Origin: an uncultured Thalassospiraceae bacterium
Lineage (GTDB): Bacteria > Pseudomonadota > Alphaproteobacteria > Rhodospirillales > 2-02-FULL-58-16
Direction of reading: 5' to 3'
Assembly (NCBI GenBank): GCA_964632795.1
Contig: CAZWEZ010000001.1
Coordinates: 45,922 to 109,921 of the forward strand
Length of the DNA: 64,000 bases
Shown in pieces: positions 17,995 to 27,965 of this stretch. The number at the start of each line of letters is the position of its first letter. Position 1 is the first letter of the stretch. The notes under the pieces were generated by a model, which searched no databases, was not told the DNA's origin, and saw nothing but the letters and a program-made list of their open reading frames with translations. The position numbers were made by a program, and so were the translations under genes.

Positions 17995-18630
17995 ATGGGG
18001 ACCGCCAGAAAGAAAAAGGCCGACACCGCCATGGCGCGAAGTCACGTCTACGGTCTGTTGGCCACCATCTTCCGGGCGGAACCCACCGCGGCCCTCCTCA
18101 AGGAACTGAAAGACCCCCGGTTTTCGGGGGTCTTTTCCGACCTTGGGCTCGACCTGGGGGACGAATTCCATCAAAAACCCGAAGCCGAACTGGTCGAGGA
18201 ACTGGCCGTCGAATACACCCGGTTGTTCATCGGGCCGGGCCCCCATGTTTCACCCCACGAGTCCGTGCACAAAGAGGTGGACGGCGGAGGCCGGGGCTCC
18301 CTCTGGGGGGAAGATACGGTCCGGGTCAAGAAGTTCATCGAGACGGCGGGGCTCGAGTACGAGCCGGACTACACCGGCATCCCCGATCACGTCAGCGTCG
18401 AACTGGAGTTCCTTCAGAAGCTCGCCGATCGGGAATCGACCGCCTGGAGCGAAGGGGACACCGAGGGCGCCCTCTATTGCCGGAAGATCGAGAAGATGTT
18501 TCTCGAGGATCACCTGAGCAAATGGGTTCCCCGGTTTTGCGACAAGGTCATGGCCCAAGCGGAGCTGCCTTTTTTCGGGAAGATGGCCAAGCTCACCAAG
18601 GGGTTTATCCTGAATCCTGCATTCCGGTGA
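17995..18630 (+). CDS. TorD/DmsD-family chaperone (module 2)
   Basis: Last 211 codons of track ORF 16852..18630. ATG 17995 follows AAAGGAGA. 'SHVYGLLATIFRAEP...EYTRLFIGPGPHVSPHESVH...PDHVSVELEFLQKL' parallels 4208..4885. Confidence 0.85.
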   Translation: MGTARKKKADTAMARSHVYGLLATIFRAEPTAALLKELKDPRFSGVFSDLGLDLGDEFHQKPEAELVEELAVEYTRLFIGPGPHVSPHESVHKEVDGGGRGSLWGEDTVRVKKFIETAGLEYEPDYTGIPDHVSVELEFLQKLADRESTAWSEGDTEGALYCRKIEKMFLEDHLSKWVPRFCDKVMAQAELPFFGKMAKLTKGFILNPAFR

Positions 18631-18722
18631 CCAGGTATGACGCCACGAGTCGTCCTGACCCAACCCATGCGGATGTTCGATATTCTTCGTCCCGGTTGGG
18701 ATGAAACAAAGAGAAAGCGGCG

Positions 18723-19202
18723 ATGAGCGGACCGTCACCCAAGTCCCATCTCTACCGGTTGGGGATCATTCTGGTCGTCGGCTTTGTTGCTTTTTCCGTG
18801 TTCATGGCAATTGCGGTGCCGGCAAATTGGAATTACCAGGGTTGGTATCGCCTCGACGCCCTTGAGGAATTGAAGGAACCACCGCTGGTCTATGGCGGTA
18901 ACGAATCCTGCGCCGCCTGCCACGACGCGATAATCAATGAAGTAAAGAAATTCAAACACCGTGCGTTGTCCTGCGAGTCCTGCCACGGACCGCTGGCCCA
19001 CCATGTCAAGGGCAAGCAGAAAATCGCCGACGCCTATATCGATGACAAGGGCCGTTGGCAGTGCTTGAACTGCCACAAGAAACTGGTCAGCAAGAGTTTG
19101 GAATTTCCTGTTTTCAGCCGGGAACGGCCCCGAGAACACACCTCGATCAAGCCGGGTACGCCCTGCAAAAGCTGCCACAAGCCCCATCACCCGACACCAT
19201 AG
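18723..19202 (+). CDS. Membrane-anchored tetraheme cytochrome c (c3-like)
   Basis: 159 aa. N-terminal TM helix. Heme sites CAACH, CESCH, CLNCH, CKSCH. Confidence 0.8.
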   Translation: MSGPSPKSHLYRLGIILVVGFVAFSVFMAIAVPANWNYQGWYRLDALEELKEPPLVYGGNESCAACHDAIINEVKKFKHRALSCESCHGPLAHHVKGKQKIADAYIDDKGRWQCLNCHKKLVSKSLEFPVFSRERPREHTSIKPGTPCKSCHKPHHPTP

Positions 19203-19231
19203 GCATTCCCCGGAAACCCGGAATTATTTTC

Positions 19232-20044
19232 ATGCCGAAATCACACGAGGAAAGGGAATCGATTGAACCGGCAGCGGATTCCCGCCGGGAGTTCCTGATC
19301 CACCTGCTGACGGGAACCGCCTCCGCCACAGTATTGCTGGTCTACGGAGCGGGCGCGTTCAGCGGGGCCCAGGCGCGCCAAGAAGGGTACTCCGAGCACG
19401 CCAGGGACGGCGAGCCGGACCATGATTACGCCTATGTGGTCGACGTCGCCAAGTGCATCGGTTGCGGCAACTGCGTGCGTGCCTGCAAATTGGAAAACAG
19501 TGTGCCTGATAAGCTGTTCCGGACCTGGGTGGAAAGGTATGTGCTGACCAATGTCGGCATCCACATCGATTCCCCCGACGGTGCGATCAAAGGGTTCGAG
19601 GAGCTCAATGCGGAGATCCGCAACAATAGCCGGCGCTCGCACACCGTTCCCAAGATGTGCAACCACTGCCGGACGCCGCCCTGTGTCCAGGTGTGCCCGG
19701 TGGGAGCCACCTTCCAATCCCCCGAAGGTTTCGTGCTGATCGATTACAACCACTGCATCGGCTGCGGCTATTGCGTTCAGGCATGCCCCTACGGTGCCCG
19801 CTTCATCAATCCCGACAAGCACATGGCCGACAAATGCACCTGGTGCTACCACCGGGTGAAGAGGGGCAAGCTTCCTGCCTGCGTCACGGTCTGTCCGACC
19901 CGCACCCGCCTGTTCGGGGATCTGAACGATCCAGAGAGCGAGGTGGCCAAGATTTTCGACGCCGACAAATGGATGATCCTCAGACCGGAGATGGACACCG
20001 AACCTTTCTGTTTCTACGTCGGGCTGCCGAGGGAGGCACGCTGA
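19232..20044 (+). CDS. NrfC/DmsB/PsrB-like four-cluster FeS protein with Tat signal
   Basis: Internal ATG 19232 of ORF 19055..20044. Tat signal SRREFLIHLL. Cys groups CIGCGNCVRAC, CNHCRTPPCVQVC, CIGCGYCVQAC, CTWC..C..VC. Confidence 0.88.
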   Translation: MPKSHEERESIEPAADSRREFLIHLLTGTASATVLLVYGAGAFSGAQARQEGYSEHARDGEPDHDYAYVVDVAKCIGCGNCVRACKLENSVPDKLFRTWVERYVLTNVGIHIDSPDGAIKGFEELNAEIRNNSRRSHTVPKMCNHCRTPPCVQVCPVGATFQSPEGFVLIDYNHCIGCGYCVQACPYGARFINPDKHMADKCTWCYHRVKRGKLPACVTVCPTRTRLFGDLNDPESEVAKIFDADKWMILRPEMDTEPFCFYVGLPREAR

Positions 20045-20046
20045 CC

Positions 20047-21255
20047 ATGATCCTGCCGAACGAAGCAATGGTTAATTACGTCTTCCCCAACAACTTCCAG
20101 GTGGTGTGGTCGTTGATGATCGTCATCTATCCCTTCATCACCGGTCTGATCGCCGGCGCCTTCGCGGTTTCGGCCCTTTATCACGTGTTCAAGATGAAGG
20201 AATTCAAGCCGATCGCCAATTTCTCCCTGATCATGGCGTTTTGTTTCGGGCTTTTCGCCGGGCTTCCGCTGCTGGTCCACCTGGGCCAACCCCAGCGAGC
20301 CTTCTTGATCTACTTGACCCCCCATTTGAGTTCGGCGATGAGCGTGTTCGGATACGTCTACGGCGGTTACATGGTCCTGCTGACGATCGAAATCTGGCTG
20401 ATCTACCGCTCCTACTTCATCCACCAGGTCAACCGGACCAAAGGTCCCATGTGGCTGGTGTGGTATGTGTTGACCCTGGGGGTGACCACCTATAATCCCG
20501 ATTCCGCCCGGATAGATCAAAAATTGTCCAACATCCTGTCCGGAATCGGAATCCCTTGGGCCTTCTTTCTCCACGGCTACGTTGGCTTCATCTTCGGATC
20601 GGTCAAGGCCATCCCCTGGTGGGCGGCGGAGTTGATGCCCGTCATCTTCCTGACTTCGGCCATGGTCAGCGGAATGGCGATGATCCTGGTGGTTTACATC
20701 TTTCTCGCCTGGCGCCGGAACGAGCCTTACGACTATATCTTGATCAAGAAGTTCAGCGGCTTCCTGTGGGGCATCTTTCTTCTCGATTGGGCTCTCGAAA
20801 TACTCGAACTGTTCCATGTCTCGTATTTGAGGGGTTATGAGTGGGCGGAAATCAAACCGCTCCTCGCCGGACCGCTGTTCGGAAGCTTCGTGGTCGGCCA
20901 GATTTTGGTTTTTTCCGTCGTCCCGGCCCTCCTGTTGGGCGTGGTGACGGTTACCCGCATCGACGGCCGGAAGATGCTGTATCTGGCCAGCATCGGAAGC
21001 ATCGGCCTGATCCTGCAGGTCCTGTTCATGCGTTTCAACGTGGTGATCGGCGGCCAGCTCATTTCCAAATCCGGGCGAGGCTTCGTCGAATTTCATTGGG
21101 AATTTTTCGGCAAGGAGGGAATCCTGTCCGCGCTCGCCATCCTGGCGGCGCCGTTCGTCGTCTACTACGTGATCAGCCGCTTCATCCCGATCATGGGCGA
21201 CTTGGTGATTCCGGAGGAATCGGAGGATCGTCCCATGGGACAGCCCGAGGCCTGA
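20047..21255 (+). CDS. NrfD/PsrC-like polytopic quinone-interacting membrane subunit
   Basis: ATG 20047 lies inside track ORF 19657..21255. 402 aa, with roughly 10 hydrophobic helices by eye. Immediately follows the NrfC-like gene. Confidence 0.8.
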   Translation: MILPNEAMVNYVFPNNFQVVWSLMIVIYPFITGLIAGAFAVSALYHVFKMKEFKPIANFSLIMAFCFGLFAGLPLLVHLGQPQRAFLIYLTPHLSSAMSVFGYVYGGYMVLLTIEIWLIYRSYFIHQVNRTKGPMWLVWYVLTLGVTTYNPDSARIDQKLSNILSGIGIPWAFFLHGYVGFIFGSVKAIPWWAAELMPVIFLTSAMVSGMAMILVVYIFLAWRRNEPYDYILIKKFSGFLWGIFLLDWALEILELFHVSYLRGYEWAEIKPLLAGPLFGSFVVGQILVFSVVPALLLGVVTVTRIDGRKMLYLASIGSIGLILQVLFMRFNVVIGGQLISKSGRGFVEFHWEFFGKEGILSALAILAAPFVVYYVISRFIPIMGDLVIPEESEDRPMGQPEA

Positions 21256-21307
21256 AAACGACGAGTTTGGAGTAATAATTCATGCGATTGACCAGGAAAC
21301 TCCTGAT

Positions 21308-22711
21308 ATGAGAATAAATCTATCATTTGGCTGGAAAACAGGCGTCGTTGTCCTGGCTTTGCTTGTAATCCTGGTTGGATCGCTGGCGGGAGGCGCCGAG
21401 TATTATTCCCGCCAGTCGGAATTCTGCGGTGGCACCTGCCACATGATGACCGAGCCGTACGACACCTGGGTGGACTCCAAGCACAACACCAAGGAGGTCA
21501 CGATCGGCTGTGTCGATTGCCATTATCCGCCGGTTGTGGATTCCTCGTCAGGAACGAATTTTATCGGGCTGAGACAGCTTTCTTCATATCTCGCGGACCC
21601 GGAGGCTCCGCCCAGGAAACGCGCCAAGGTTGGCGATCTGACATGCGGGGCATCGGGCTGTCACTCGGGGGACGCGTTTCTCGACAAGGAACTAAAATTC
21701 AAGGAAAAGGTCTCCTTCAAGCACAAGACCCACGGTCAAAAACTGAACTGCAATACCTGCCATTTCAAATATTCGTCGGACAAGCATTTCGAGGTGCCCA
21801 AGGAAGTCTGTTTCCTGTGCCATTCCCGGAATACGAAAATCAACGATGGCAGGAACCAATGCGCCCTGTGTCACGTGATTCCCACCAAGTCGCTGCAAAA
21901 GCAGATATCAGAAGACGACAAAAGCAAGCAGCCGATTACCCACCAGACGCTGATCGCGGCGAAGGTAGACTGCAAAGGCTGTCACCAACAGTTGTTCGCC
22001 GATCGCGGAATGGTAAAGAAGGACGTTTGCCGCGATTGCCATAGGAAACCGGAATCGGAATTGTTGGCGAATCCTGACGATAAATTGCTGGGTGGCGGGG
22101 ACAAGAGGAAATTGTTGCATGACAAGCACGTGGTTTCCCTGCAAGCCAACTGTTTCGATTGCCATCAGGCTGTCGAGCACAAGCAGAAGGCCGATTTCCT
22201 GGAGCCCGTCCGCGCCGACTGCGCGTTGTGTCATCCCGATCATCACCGTTTCCAGAAGCTTCTTCTCGAAGGCGCGGAGCGGGACGGCGTCGCCAGTACC
22301 CCAAGCCTCATGGCCGGGGTGAATACCAATTGCACGGGCTGCCACATCAGCAAGGAGCACAAGAAAGGCCAGCCGGTCCTGATCGGTTCGGCGAAGGCAT
22401 GCGTCAATTGCCATACCAAAGAGCAGGCAAAATTGGTCAAGGATTGGAAGGATGCCCTGTCCAAGGAAGTCAAGTATGCCAAGGAGCTGGAACAAGAAGC
22501 TCGGCAAGCGATGGCGATTGCCGCTGCCCGGGGCAAGGTGCCCGAGGAAAAGCTAAACCAAGCCCAGGCAATGCTCGAAGAGGGGCTGCAGAATCTGCAC
22601 ATCGTCGAGTACGGTAACGGTATCCATAACAAGAAATACGCTATCATGCTGCTGGACACGGCAATGACCAGTTTCGAAGACCTGATCGATTCCCTCGCCG
22701 AAGGCGGATGA
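21308..22711 (+). CDS. Membrane-anchored dodecaheme cytochrome (module 2; paralog of 8415..9884)
   Basis: 467 aa. FCGGTCHMMTEPYDTWVDSKH (CX3CH), CGASGCH (CX4CH) and 10 CXXCH sites. Conserved C-terminal helical tail (NGIHNKKYAIMLLD). Confidence 0.9.
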   Translation: MRINLSFGWKTGVVVLALLVILVGSLAGGAEYYSRQSEFCGGTCHMMTEPYDTWVDSKHNTKEVTIGCVDCHYPPVVDSSSGTNFIGLRQLSSYLADPEAPPRKRAKVGDLTCGASGCHSGDAFLDKELKFKEKVSFKHKTHGQKLNCNTCHFKYSSDKHFEVPKEVCFLCHSRNTKINDGRNQCALCHVIPTKSLQKQISEDDKSKQPITHQTLIAAKVDCKGCHQQLFADRGMVKKDVCRDCHRKPESELLANPDDKLLGGGDKRKLLHDKHVVSLQANCFDCHQAVEHKQKADFLEPVRADCALCHPDHHRFQKLLLEGAERDGVASTPSLMAGVNTNCTGCHISKEHKKGQPVLIGSAKACVNCHTKEQAKLVKDWKDALSKEVKYAKELEQEARQAMAIAAARGKVPEEKLNQAQAMLEEGLQNLHIVEYGNGIHNKKYAIMLLDTAMTSFEDLIDSLAEGG

Positions 22712-22840
22712 TTTCATGTGCGGGGAACGTCTGACGGCAACAGACCGGGACATCCGGCCTGGCGAGCCAAGTGAATGCGTCCAATCAGCGTCGTTTCAGT
22801 GGCGACTGGGAAATAACGGTTTGAATAATTGGAGTGACCG

Positions 22841-23485
22841 ATGAAACCCTTAGCATGGTTTGTATGGCTTGTATCACTGTTCTCGGTGATGACGTTGACC
22901 ATAGACACCTACGCGAGTGATGAGCCCACCCCCACGAAAGGAAGCCATCTATATCGCTCTTTCTGCTTTATCTGCCATGGAACGGGCGGCAAAAGCAAAG
23001 GTCCCCTTGCCATTAAGTTGAACCTCGAACCGGCTGATCTTTCCTCGGAGAAATACCAGACGTTAAAAGTGGAGGAATTGGCCGACATCATCGGGGGCTA
23101 CTGGAAAAAGCGGGACACGATAATGCCCAACTGGGGTAAGGTGTTACCCAAGACAGACCTGCTCGATATTGCGTCGTACATTCCCAATCTATCCCGGAAA
23201 GACCTTAGGTTCATTGGGGATACACGCCGTGGCAGGGTTACTTATAGAAGAGCCTGTGCGGCATGCCATGGTCAATTTGGAACGGGAAGAGGTCCTCTTG
23301 CGGATCTGATGAAAATTCCCATGGTCGATTTCACAAATTCAATAAAGATGGAGAAGATAACAGACGAAAAGCTGATTAATTATATCCGGGAGGGCGAAGG
23401 AAAATTCATGCCATCGTGGAAAGGGAGTCTTTACGACGACGAAATCATCGATGTAGCCGCCTATGTCCGCATGCTGGGGAGATAG
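22841..23485 (+). CDS. Periplasmic diheme class-I cytochrome c (c4-like)
   Basis: 214 aa. Signal peptide. Two CxxCHG sites (CFICHG, CAACHG), each followed by a distal Met-containing segment (IMPNW, FMPSW). Confidence 0.85.
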   Translation: MKPLAWFVWLVSLFSVMTLTIDTYASDEPTPTKGSHLYRSFCFICHGTGGKSKGPLAIKLNLEPADLSSEKYQTLKVEELADIIGGYWKKRDTIMPNWGKVLPKTDLLDIASYIPNLSRKDLRFIGDTRRGRVTYRRACAACHGQFGTGRGPLADLMKIPMVDFTNSIKMEKITDEKLINYIREGEGKFMPSWKGSLYDDEIIDVAAYVRMLGR

Positions 23486-23616
23486 GCAACCCTTCGATGA
23501 TTTTCAGGTCGCCAGCGCCTTCATGAAATAACCGAGCTAAAGAAGACCTCCGAGAGATGGCCGCGATGTATGCTTCCTTGCATTCCTACCGCGGCAATTA
23601 TGGATTCCGGCCAGGA

Positions 23617-26148
23617 TCAGGCCTTGGCTACCGTAACCACCGTATCCATCCAACGCTGCTGACCGCTGATCGGTTCGGGCGAGTTGGGAATGATCCAGTT
23701 GGGGTGGGTTCCGTTGACTTCCCACCATTTCAACTCCTCGCGCGGAGAAACGCTCACCCCCCTCGGGGACCACTTGTTGGCGGCGTATCTCCCATACTCC
23801 CAACGGCCGCAATGGGTGGAGATGGCGATGGTCCCCGGAATGATCGTATGTGTCACCTTCGCCGTGGCTTCCACCTCGCCAATGTTGGACTTGACCTTGA
23901 TCCTGTCCCCGTTCTCGATGCCCCGGGCCTCTGCCGAGACTGGATGAATCAAGGCCGGATTGTCATGGTAAAGCTCTGTCAGCCACCTGCAGTTCTGAGT
24001 GCGTGACAGGGTTTGGAGGTTTACCTTGTAGGTGATCAGGATCATTTCATCGGGCTTCAACGACTGATGCTCCGGTATGGGGACGTAGGCCGGCAGCGGC
24101 GAAAAGCCCTTTTCCCCCAGGATCGACGAATAGATCTCGAAGTACCCCGACTTGTTGAGAACGCCGGGACGGAAGCCGGCATAGACCTCCTCGCCGATCT
24201 TCTGGCCGACATAGCCCTTGTAGGCTCCGGCGGTTTCGCTGTATCCCTTGTCCCAGGCCTCCTTTTCGCTTCCCAGGCCGGCCGCCGCCCAGTTCCAGTA
24301 GACGCCCGTCTTGAGGTCCTTCAACACCCCCTTCTGCCAGTAGACCTCGGGAGGAACGATCTTCTTATAGGCGTTGAACCGCGGCTTGGCCTCGGGGTCG
24401 TGGTACACGCCGTGCTTCTTCATGTATTCGAAACCACCCGCTTTTTTCACGACGGCCGTTTTCTCACAGGTTAACTCCACGAATTCCTCGTGGGTTTCGA
24501 AGTCCAGGGGAAAGCCCATCCGCTCGGCGAGTTCGCAGCAGACGTCGCCGAAATCCCGGCTGTAGTCCAGCGGGTCCACCAAGGGCTGGCGAATATAGTA
24601 CTCCGGCACCTGGGTGGGAGAGAATGCGTCCTCGAAGTCGTACTTTTCCAGGTAGGTCGTATCGGGAAGGATGAGGTCGGCGAACGCCGCGGATTCGTCG
24701 TAGAACGGCGTCACGCAGACCGTATAGGGGATCAGGGATTCGTCCTTGAGGACATCGATGTTTTCCTGCACCTCGCCATTGGCGTACACCGGGTTGTAGC
24801 AGTACCACATATAGACGTCGGGGCGGCCGGCACCGCCATCCTTGATCGCCTTGAATACCTGGTGGCCGACGCCGTTCGTCGGCAAGGCGACGTCGCCATT
24901 CATGCCGTCAAGGATGTCGAGCCGGCGCGGCTTGGGATAGCCCTTGGGGTTCGAGGGGAATTCCCATTCGGGCTTGACGCTCATGACCCTGCCGCCGGGA
25001 TTGTCGATGTTGCCGGTAATCGCCGCAAGCATCTGTATGGCGCGCTCGGTCTCGACTCCGTTGTAGTGCGCCGTCGCCCCCCTGGAGTTGATGACGCACG
25101 CCGGTTTGGTGGTCGCGAACTCGACGGCGACGTCCCTGATGACCTGCGCCTTGACGCCGCTGATCTTTTCCGCCCATTCGGGGGTATAGGGAGACAGGTG
25201 TTCCTTCAACGCCGTGATCTTGTCGGCTACCGGCGCCTCGTGGGACTCCGTAACCTTGCAGAACTCGAGAAACGCCTCCCCTTCGCCACGATAAAGGTCC
25301 TCGCTCATCACGACGTGGCACATGGCCAGGATGACGGCCAAGTCGGTTCCCGGCTTGATCGGAATCCACTTCTGGGACTTGGAGGCGGTATTGGAAAGCC
25401 GGACGTCGAACGTCACCATCCGTACCCTCCGGTCGACCAGGGAGGCGGCCAGCCGACGGACCATGGCGACGTGGTTGATGTGGGCCTCGACGATGTTGCT
25501 GCCGAAGTTGAGGATGAACCCGGTGTTGTCGAAGTCCCAGTTGTCATCAGGTTCGCCCCAGGTCAGTTCGTGGGCGGTACGCCGGGCGCCCTGGCCGAGG
25601 CAGGTATGATTGGCGTGGGTGGCGGTGCCAAAGGCGGGGAGGAATATCTCGCCGATTAGCTTTTCCATGCTCGCCGAGATCCACCCGTGATGGAACATGA
25701 ATTTCTCCGGGTGGCCCGAATCACGGAGCGGCTTGAGGCGCCCGGCCAACTCATCGAGCGCGTCGCTCCAGTGCAACTGGGTCCATTTCCCCTCGCCCCG
25801 CTTGCCGACGCGCTTGAGGGGATAGAGAATCCTGTCCGGGTCGTAAATCTGCTCGAAACCGGCCTGGCCCCTGGCGCAAACCTTTCCCATGGTCCTGATC
25901 GATTGGGGGTGGCCTTCGATCTTGACGACCCGCCCCATCTCCACATAGCCGAGGGCGGGACACCGGCTGACACAGAGCGCGCAGGCGGTGGGAATGCTCT
26001 TGCGGGCTACCCCGCTCAGATGGGAAAAGTCCAACCCTCCCTTGGCCAAATCACCCTTATGACTGGCAAGCGCCTTGCGCCCCGTGAACGTAGCCGCGGC
26101 TCCAGCGACGGCGGCGCCGAGTTGCAGAACTTTCCGACGGGTGAACAT
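23617..26148 (-). CDS. Mo-bisPGD oxidoreductase catalytic subunit, paralog 3 (more divergent)
   Basis: 843 aa. Tat signal TRRKVLQLGAAVAGAA. Canonical FS0 motif CALCVSRC-x27-C. 'NHTCLGQGARR' occupies the position of HTSIC in paralogs 1 and 2. Confidence 0.9.
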   Translation of the reverse strand: MFTRRKVLQLGAAVAGAAATFTGRKALASHKGDLAKGGLDFSHLSGVARKSIPTACALCVSRCPALGYVEMGRVVKIEGHPQSIRTMGKVCARGQAGFEQIYDPDRILYPLKRVGKRGEGKWTQLHWSDALDELAGRLKPLRDSGHPEKFMFHHGWISASMEKLIGEIFLPAFGTATHANHTCLGQGARRTAHELTWGEPDDNWDFDNTGFILNFGSNIVEAHINHVAMVRRLAASLVDRRVRMVTFDVRLSNTASKSQKWIPIKPGTDLAVILAMCHVVMSEDLYRGEGEAFLEFCKVTESHEAPVADKITALKEHLSPYTPEWAEKISGVKAQVIRDVAVEFATTKPACVINSRGATAHYNGVETERAIQMLAAITGNIDNPGGRVMSVKPEWEFPSNPKGYPKPRRLDILDGMNGDVALPTNGVGHQVFKAIKDGGAGRPDVYMWYCYNPVYANGEVQENIDVLKDESLIPYTVCVTPFYDESAAFADLILPDTTYLEKYDFEDAFSPTQVPEYYIRQPLVDPLDYSRDFGDVCCELAERMGFPLDFETHEEFVELTCEKTAVVKKAGGFEYMKKHGVYHDPEAKPRFNAYKKIVPPEVYWQKGVLKDLKTGVYWNWAAAGLGSEKEAWDKGYSETAGAYKGYVGQKIGEEVYAGFRPGVLNKSGYFEIYSSILGEKGFSPLPAYVPIPEHQSLKPDEMILITYKVNLQTLSRTQNCRWLTELYHDNPALIHPVSAEARGIENGDRIKVKSNIGEVEATAKVTHTIIPGTIAISTHCGRWEYGRYAANKWSPRGVSVSPREELKWWEVNGTHPNWIIPNSPEPISGQQRWMDTVVTVAKA

Positions 26149-26166
26149 GGCGTTCTCCTAACCTCG

Positions 26167-27120
26167 CTATAACCCCACCGGGCCTGTGATCTGGCCGGCG
26201 ATGACGACGACATAACGCAGCATGAACCCGCCAATCATGACGGCGATCGAAAGCGAGATCTCGACCACTCTCGGCGCCGCGTATTCGCGGTGGTAGACAA
26301 GCTTGGGCACGACGTAGACAAATTCGACGAGAGCCGGAATAAGAAGACCGATCAATACCACCCACAGCCAGAAAGCCATTCCAAGCTCGCCGCCCGGCAG
26401 GATCACCGATACCGCAGCCTTGACACTGCCGATGGTCAGCTGAGCGAACATCACGAACAGGAAAATCGTCAACAATTCGAAGCCGATCAGAACGATGTCG
26501 GTGGCCGCAAGCAGGTAGCTGCTCTGATGGAAAAGTTTTAACGCCTCGGGATTATCGGGGGGATTCCGGTAGAAAAGCGCCTGCGCCAGGATGATCACGG
26601 CGATGCCGGTGGACAGGGAGGAAATAAAGAACAGCAGGGCGAGGATGGGCGAATTCCAGAACGGCCGCGCCGGCATCGCGCCGAGCATGATTCCGGTGTA
26701 CAGGGCGACCGCGATCCCCATCGGCATGCAGATCCAAGCCAGTCCCTTTCGCACGCGATGCAGCCGGTCCCAAATGAACGGCGGCCACGGCAGGAACGTC
26801 AGGGCATATATCACGCTGATGAGGATGAACACGGACAGCAACCACGTGCCGATGGACATCGGAGAAAGGTTGATCAGCTTGAACAGGTTCAACGCCCTTA
26901 ACGGCGCGCCCAGTTCGAAAACGATCATTCCGGTACCGATCATGGTTATGATCGGGCCGATGAACGCGCCGTAAGCGGCGATGGCGAAGTGGCGCCCGCC
27001 GAACCCACCGGCGCCACCGCGCAGCAGCACCGAGCTACTGATCGTGACGGCGCCGGCGCCCATGCCGGCCAGAAACAGGTAGCCTATGACAGGTAAGCCC
27101 CAGTCCAAATGCGCACCCAT
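26167..27120 (-). CDS. NrfD/PsrC/TtrC-like membrane subunit (module 3)
   Basis: ATG 27120 lies inside track ORF 26167..27483. 317 aa, with about 8 hydrophobic helices by eye. Starts 2 nt after the FeS gene stop. Confidence 0.8.
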   Translation of the reverse strand: MGAHLDWGLPVIGYLFLAGMGAGAVTISSSVLLRGGAGGFGGRHFAIAAYGAFIGPIITMIGTGMIVFELGAPLRALNLFKLINLSPMSIGTWLLSVFILISVIYALTFLPWPPFIWDRLHRVRKGLAWICMPMGIAVALYTGIMLGAMPARPFWNSPILALLFFISSLSTGIAVIILAQALFYRNPPDNPEALKLFHQSSYLLAATDIVLIGFELLTIFLFVMFAQLTIGSVKAAVSVILPGGELGMAFWLWVVLIGLLIPALVEFVYVVPKLVYHREYAAPRVVEISLSIAVMIGGFMLRYVVVIAGQITGPVGL

Positions 27121-27122
27121 TC

Positions 27123-27896
27123 CTATCTCCTCTTCTTCTTCCTGCGATGCGTGATCACATGGACCTCCCGCACCTCGGGCCGGTTGGCGTCGCTCTCGTC
27201 GGTATGATCGGCACCGATGTAGTAGACGTTGGGCACCGTGCCGATCCCTCCCCTGAGCACGGAGACCGATTCGCTGGCGATGAGTTGCGAAATCTCGCTT
27301 TCCGGATCGCTCACCTCGCCGAAGAAGCGCGCCCCTCCGATGCAGGTGTTGACGCAGGACGGAACCACGCCTTTCGTGAGGCGATGCAGACAGAAATCGC
27401 ACTTGTCGGCAAACCCGGTGACCGGATTGAGGAACCGGGAGTCGTAGGGGCAGGCATGAATGCAATACTTGCAGCCGATGCAAAGCCCGGAATCGACGAC
27501 CACGACGCCGTCCATCTCACGCTTGTAGGTGGCGTCGGTGGGGCAGACGATGACGCAGGGCGGCACCGAGCAGTGATTGCACAGCCGGGGCAGGAAGCTT
27601 CTCCCGACATAGGGATATACACCCTTTTCGATGTACTCGACCCATGATCTTTCGACCCCCAGCGGAACGTCGAACTCGGCCTTGCAGGCGATGGAACAGG
27701 AGTGGCAACCGATGCATCGCCGCACGTCGATGAGCATCCCGTAGCGGATGGTCTTCTTTTTTACTTCTTCTTCTTTGTCATCCGCCTCGGTGGGCTCGGG
27801 GGCCGCCACGACGGCGGCGGCGGCCAACGCCACCCCGCCGGCGATCATTTTGACGGCATCCCTTCGACCGGTGAGCTTGTCGTTATCATTGGTCAT
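27123..27896 (-). CDS. Four-cluster FeS subunit with Tat signal (module 3)
   Basis: 257 aa. Tat signal GRRDAVKMIAGGVALAAA. Cys groups CIGCHSCSIAC, CNHCSVPPCVIVC, CIGCKYCIHAC, CDFC..C..TC. Confidence 0.9.
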   Translation of the reverse strand: MTNDNDKLTGRRDAVKMIAGGVALAAAAVVAAPEPTEADDKEEEVKKKTIRYGMLIDVRRCIGCHSCSIACKAEFDVPLGVERSWVEYIEKGVYPYVGRSFLPRLCNHCSVPPCVIVCPTDATYKREMDGVVVVDSGLCIGCKYCIHACPYDSRFLNPVTGFADKCDFCLHRLTKGVVPSCVNTCIGGARFFGEVSDPESEISQLIASESVSVLRGGIGTVPNVYYIGADHTDESDANRPEVREVHVITHRRKKKRR

Positions 27897-27965
27897 TACG
27901 AATTCCTAAGCGAAGTGCCCGAAGATAACGGTAGAGAACCGTTCATGTTGCTTCCCGGACGGCTG

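Noticed and set aside
16852-18630. 592-aa track ORF spanning the Mo subunit 3' half and the chaperone.
   Set aside because: The first 381 codons are an Arg-rich alternate frame of the Mo gene. The real gene is the TorD-like chaperone, starting at ATG 17995 behind a good SD.
4208-23485. Idea that modules 1 and 2 are perchlorate, chlorate or selenate reductase (pcrABCD-like) operons, because of the Mo/FeS/cytochrome/chaperone gene set.
   Set aside because: Type II enzymes have an H-x3-C-x3-C FS0 motif, an Asp Mo ligand, an FeS subunit without a Tat leader and (for pcr) an adjacent cld. Here the FS0 motif is C-x2-C-x3-(D/C), a Cys sits at the ligand region, the FeS subunit has a Tat leader, and there is no cld.
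23559-23595. Imperfect GC hairpin (GCCGCG..CGCGGC) between the convergent module 2 and module 3 ends, considered as a bidirectional terminator.
   Set aside because: The stem is interrupted by bulges and there is no flanking T or A run. Too weak to call.
26167-27483. 438-aa track ORF.
   Set aside because: The N-terminal 121 codons overlap the FeS gene in another frame. The NrfD-like protein starts at ATG 27120.
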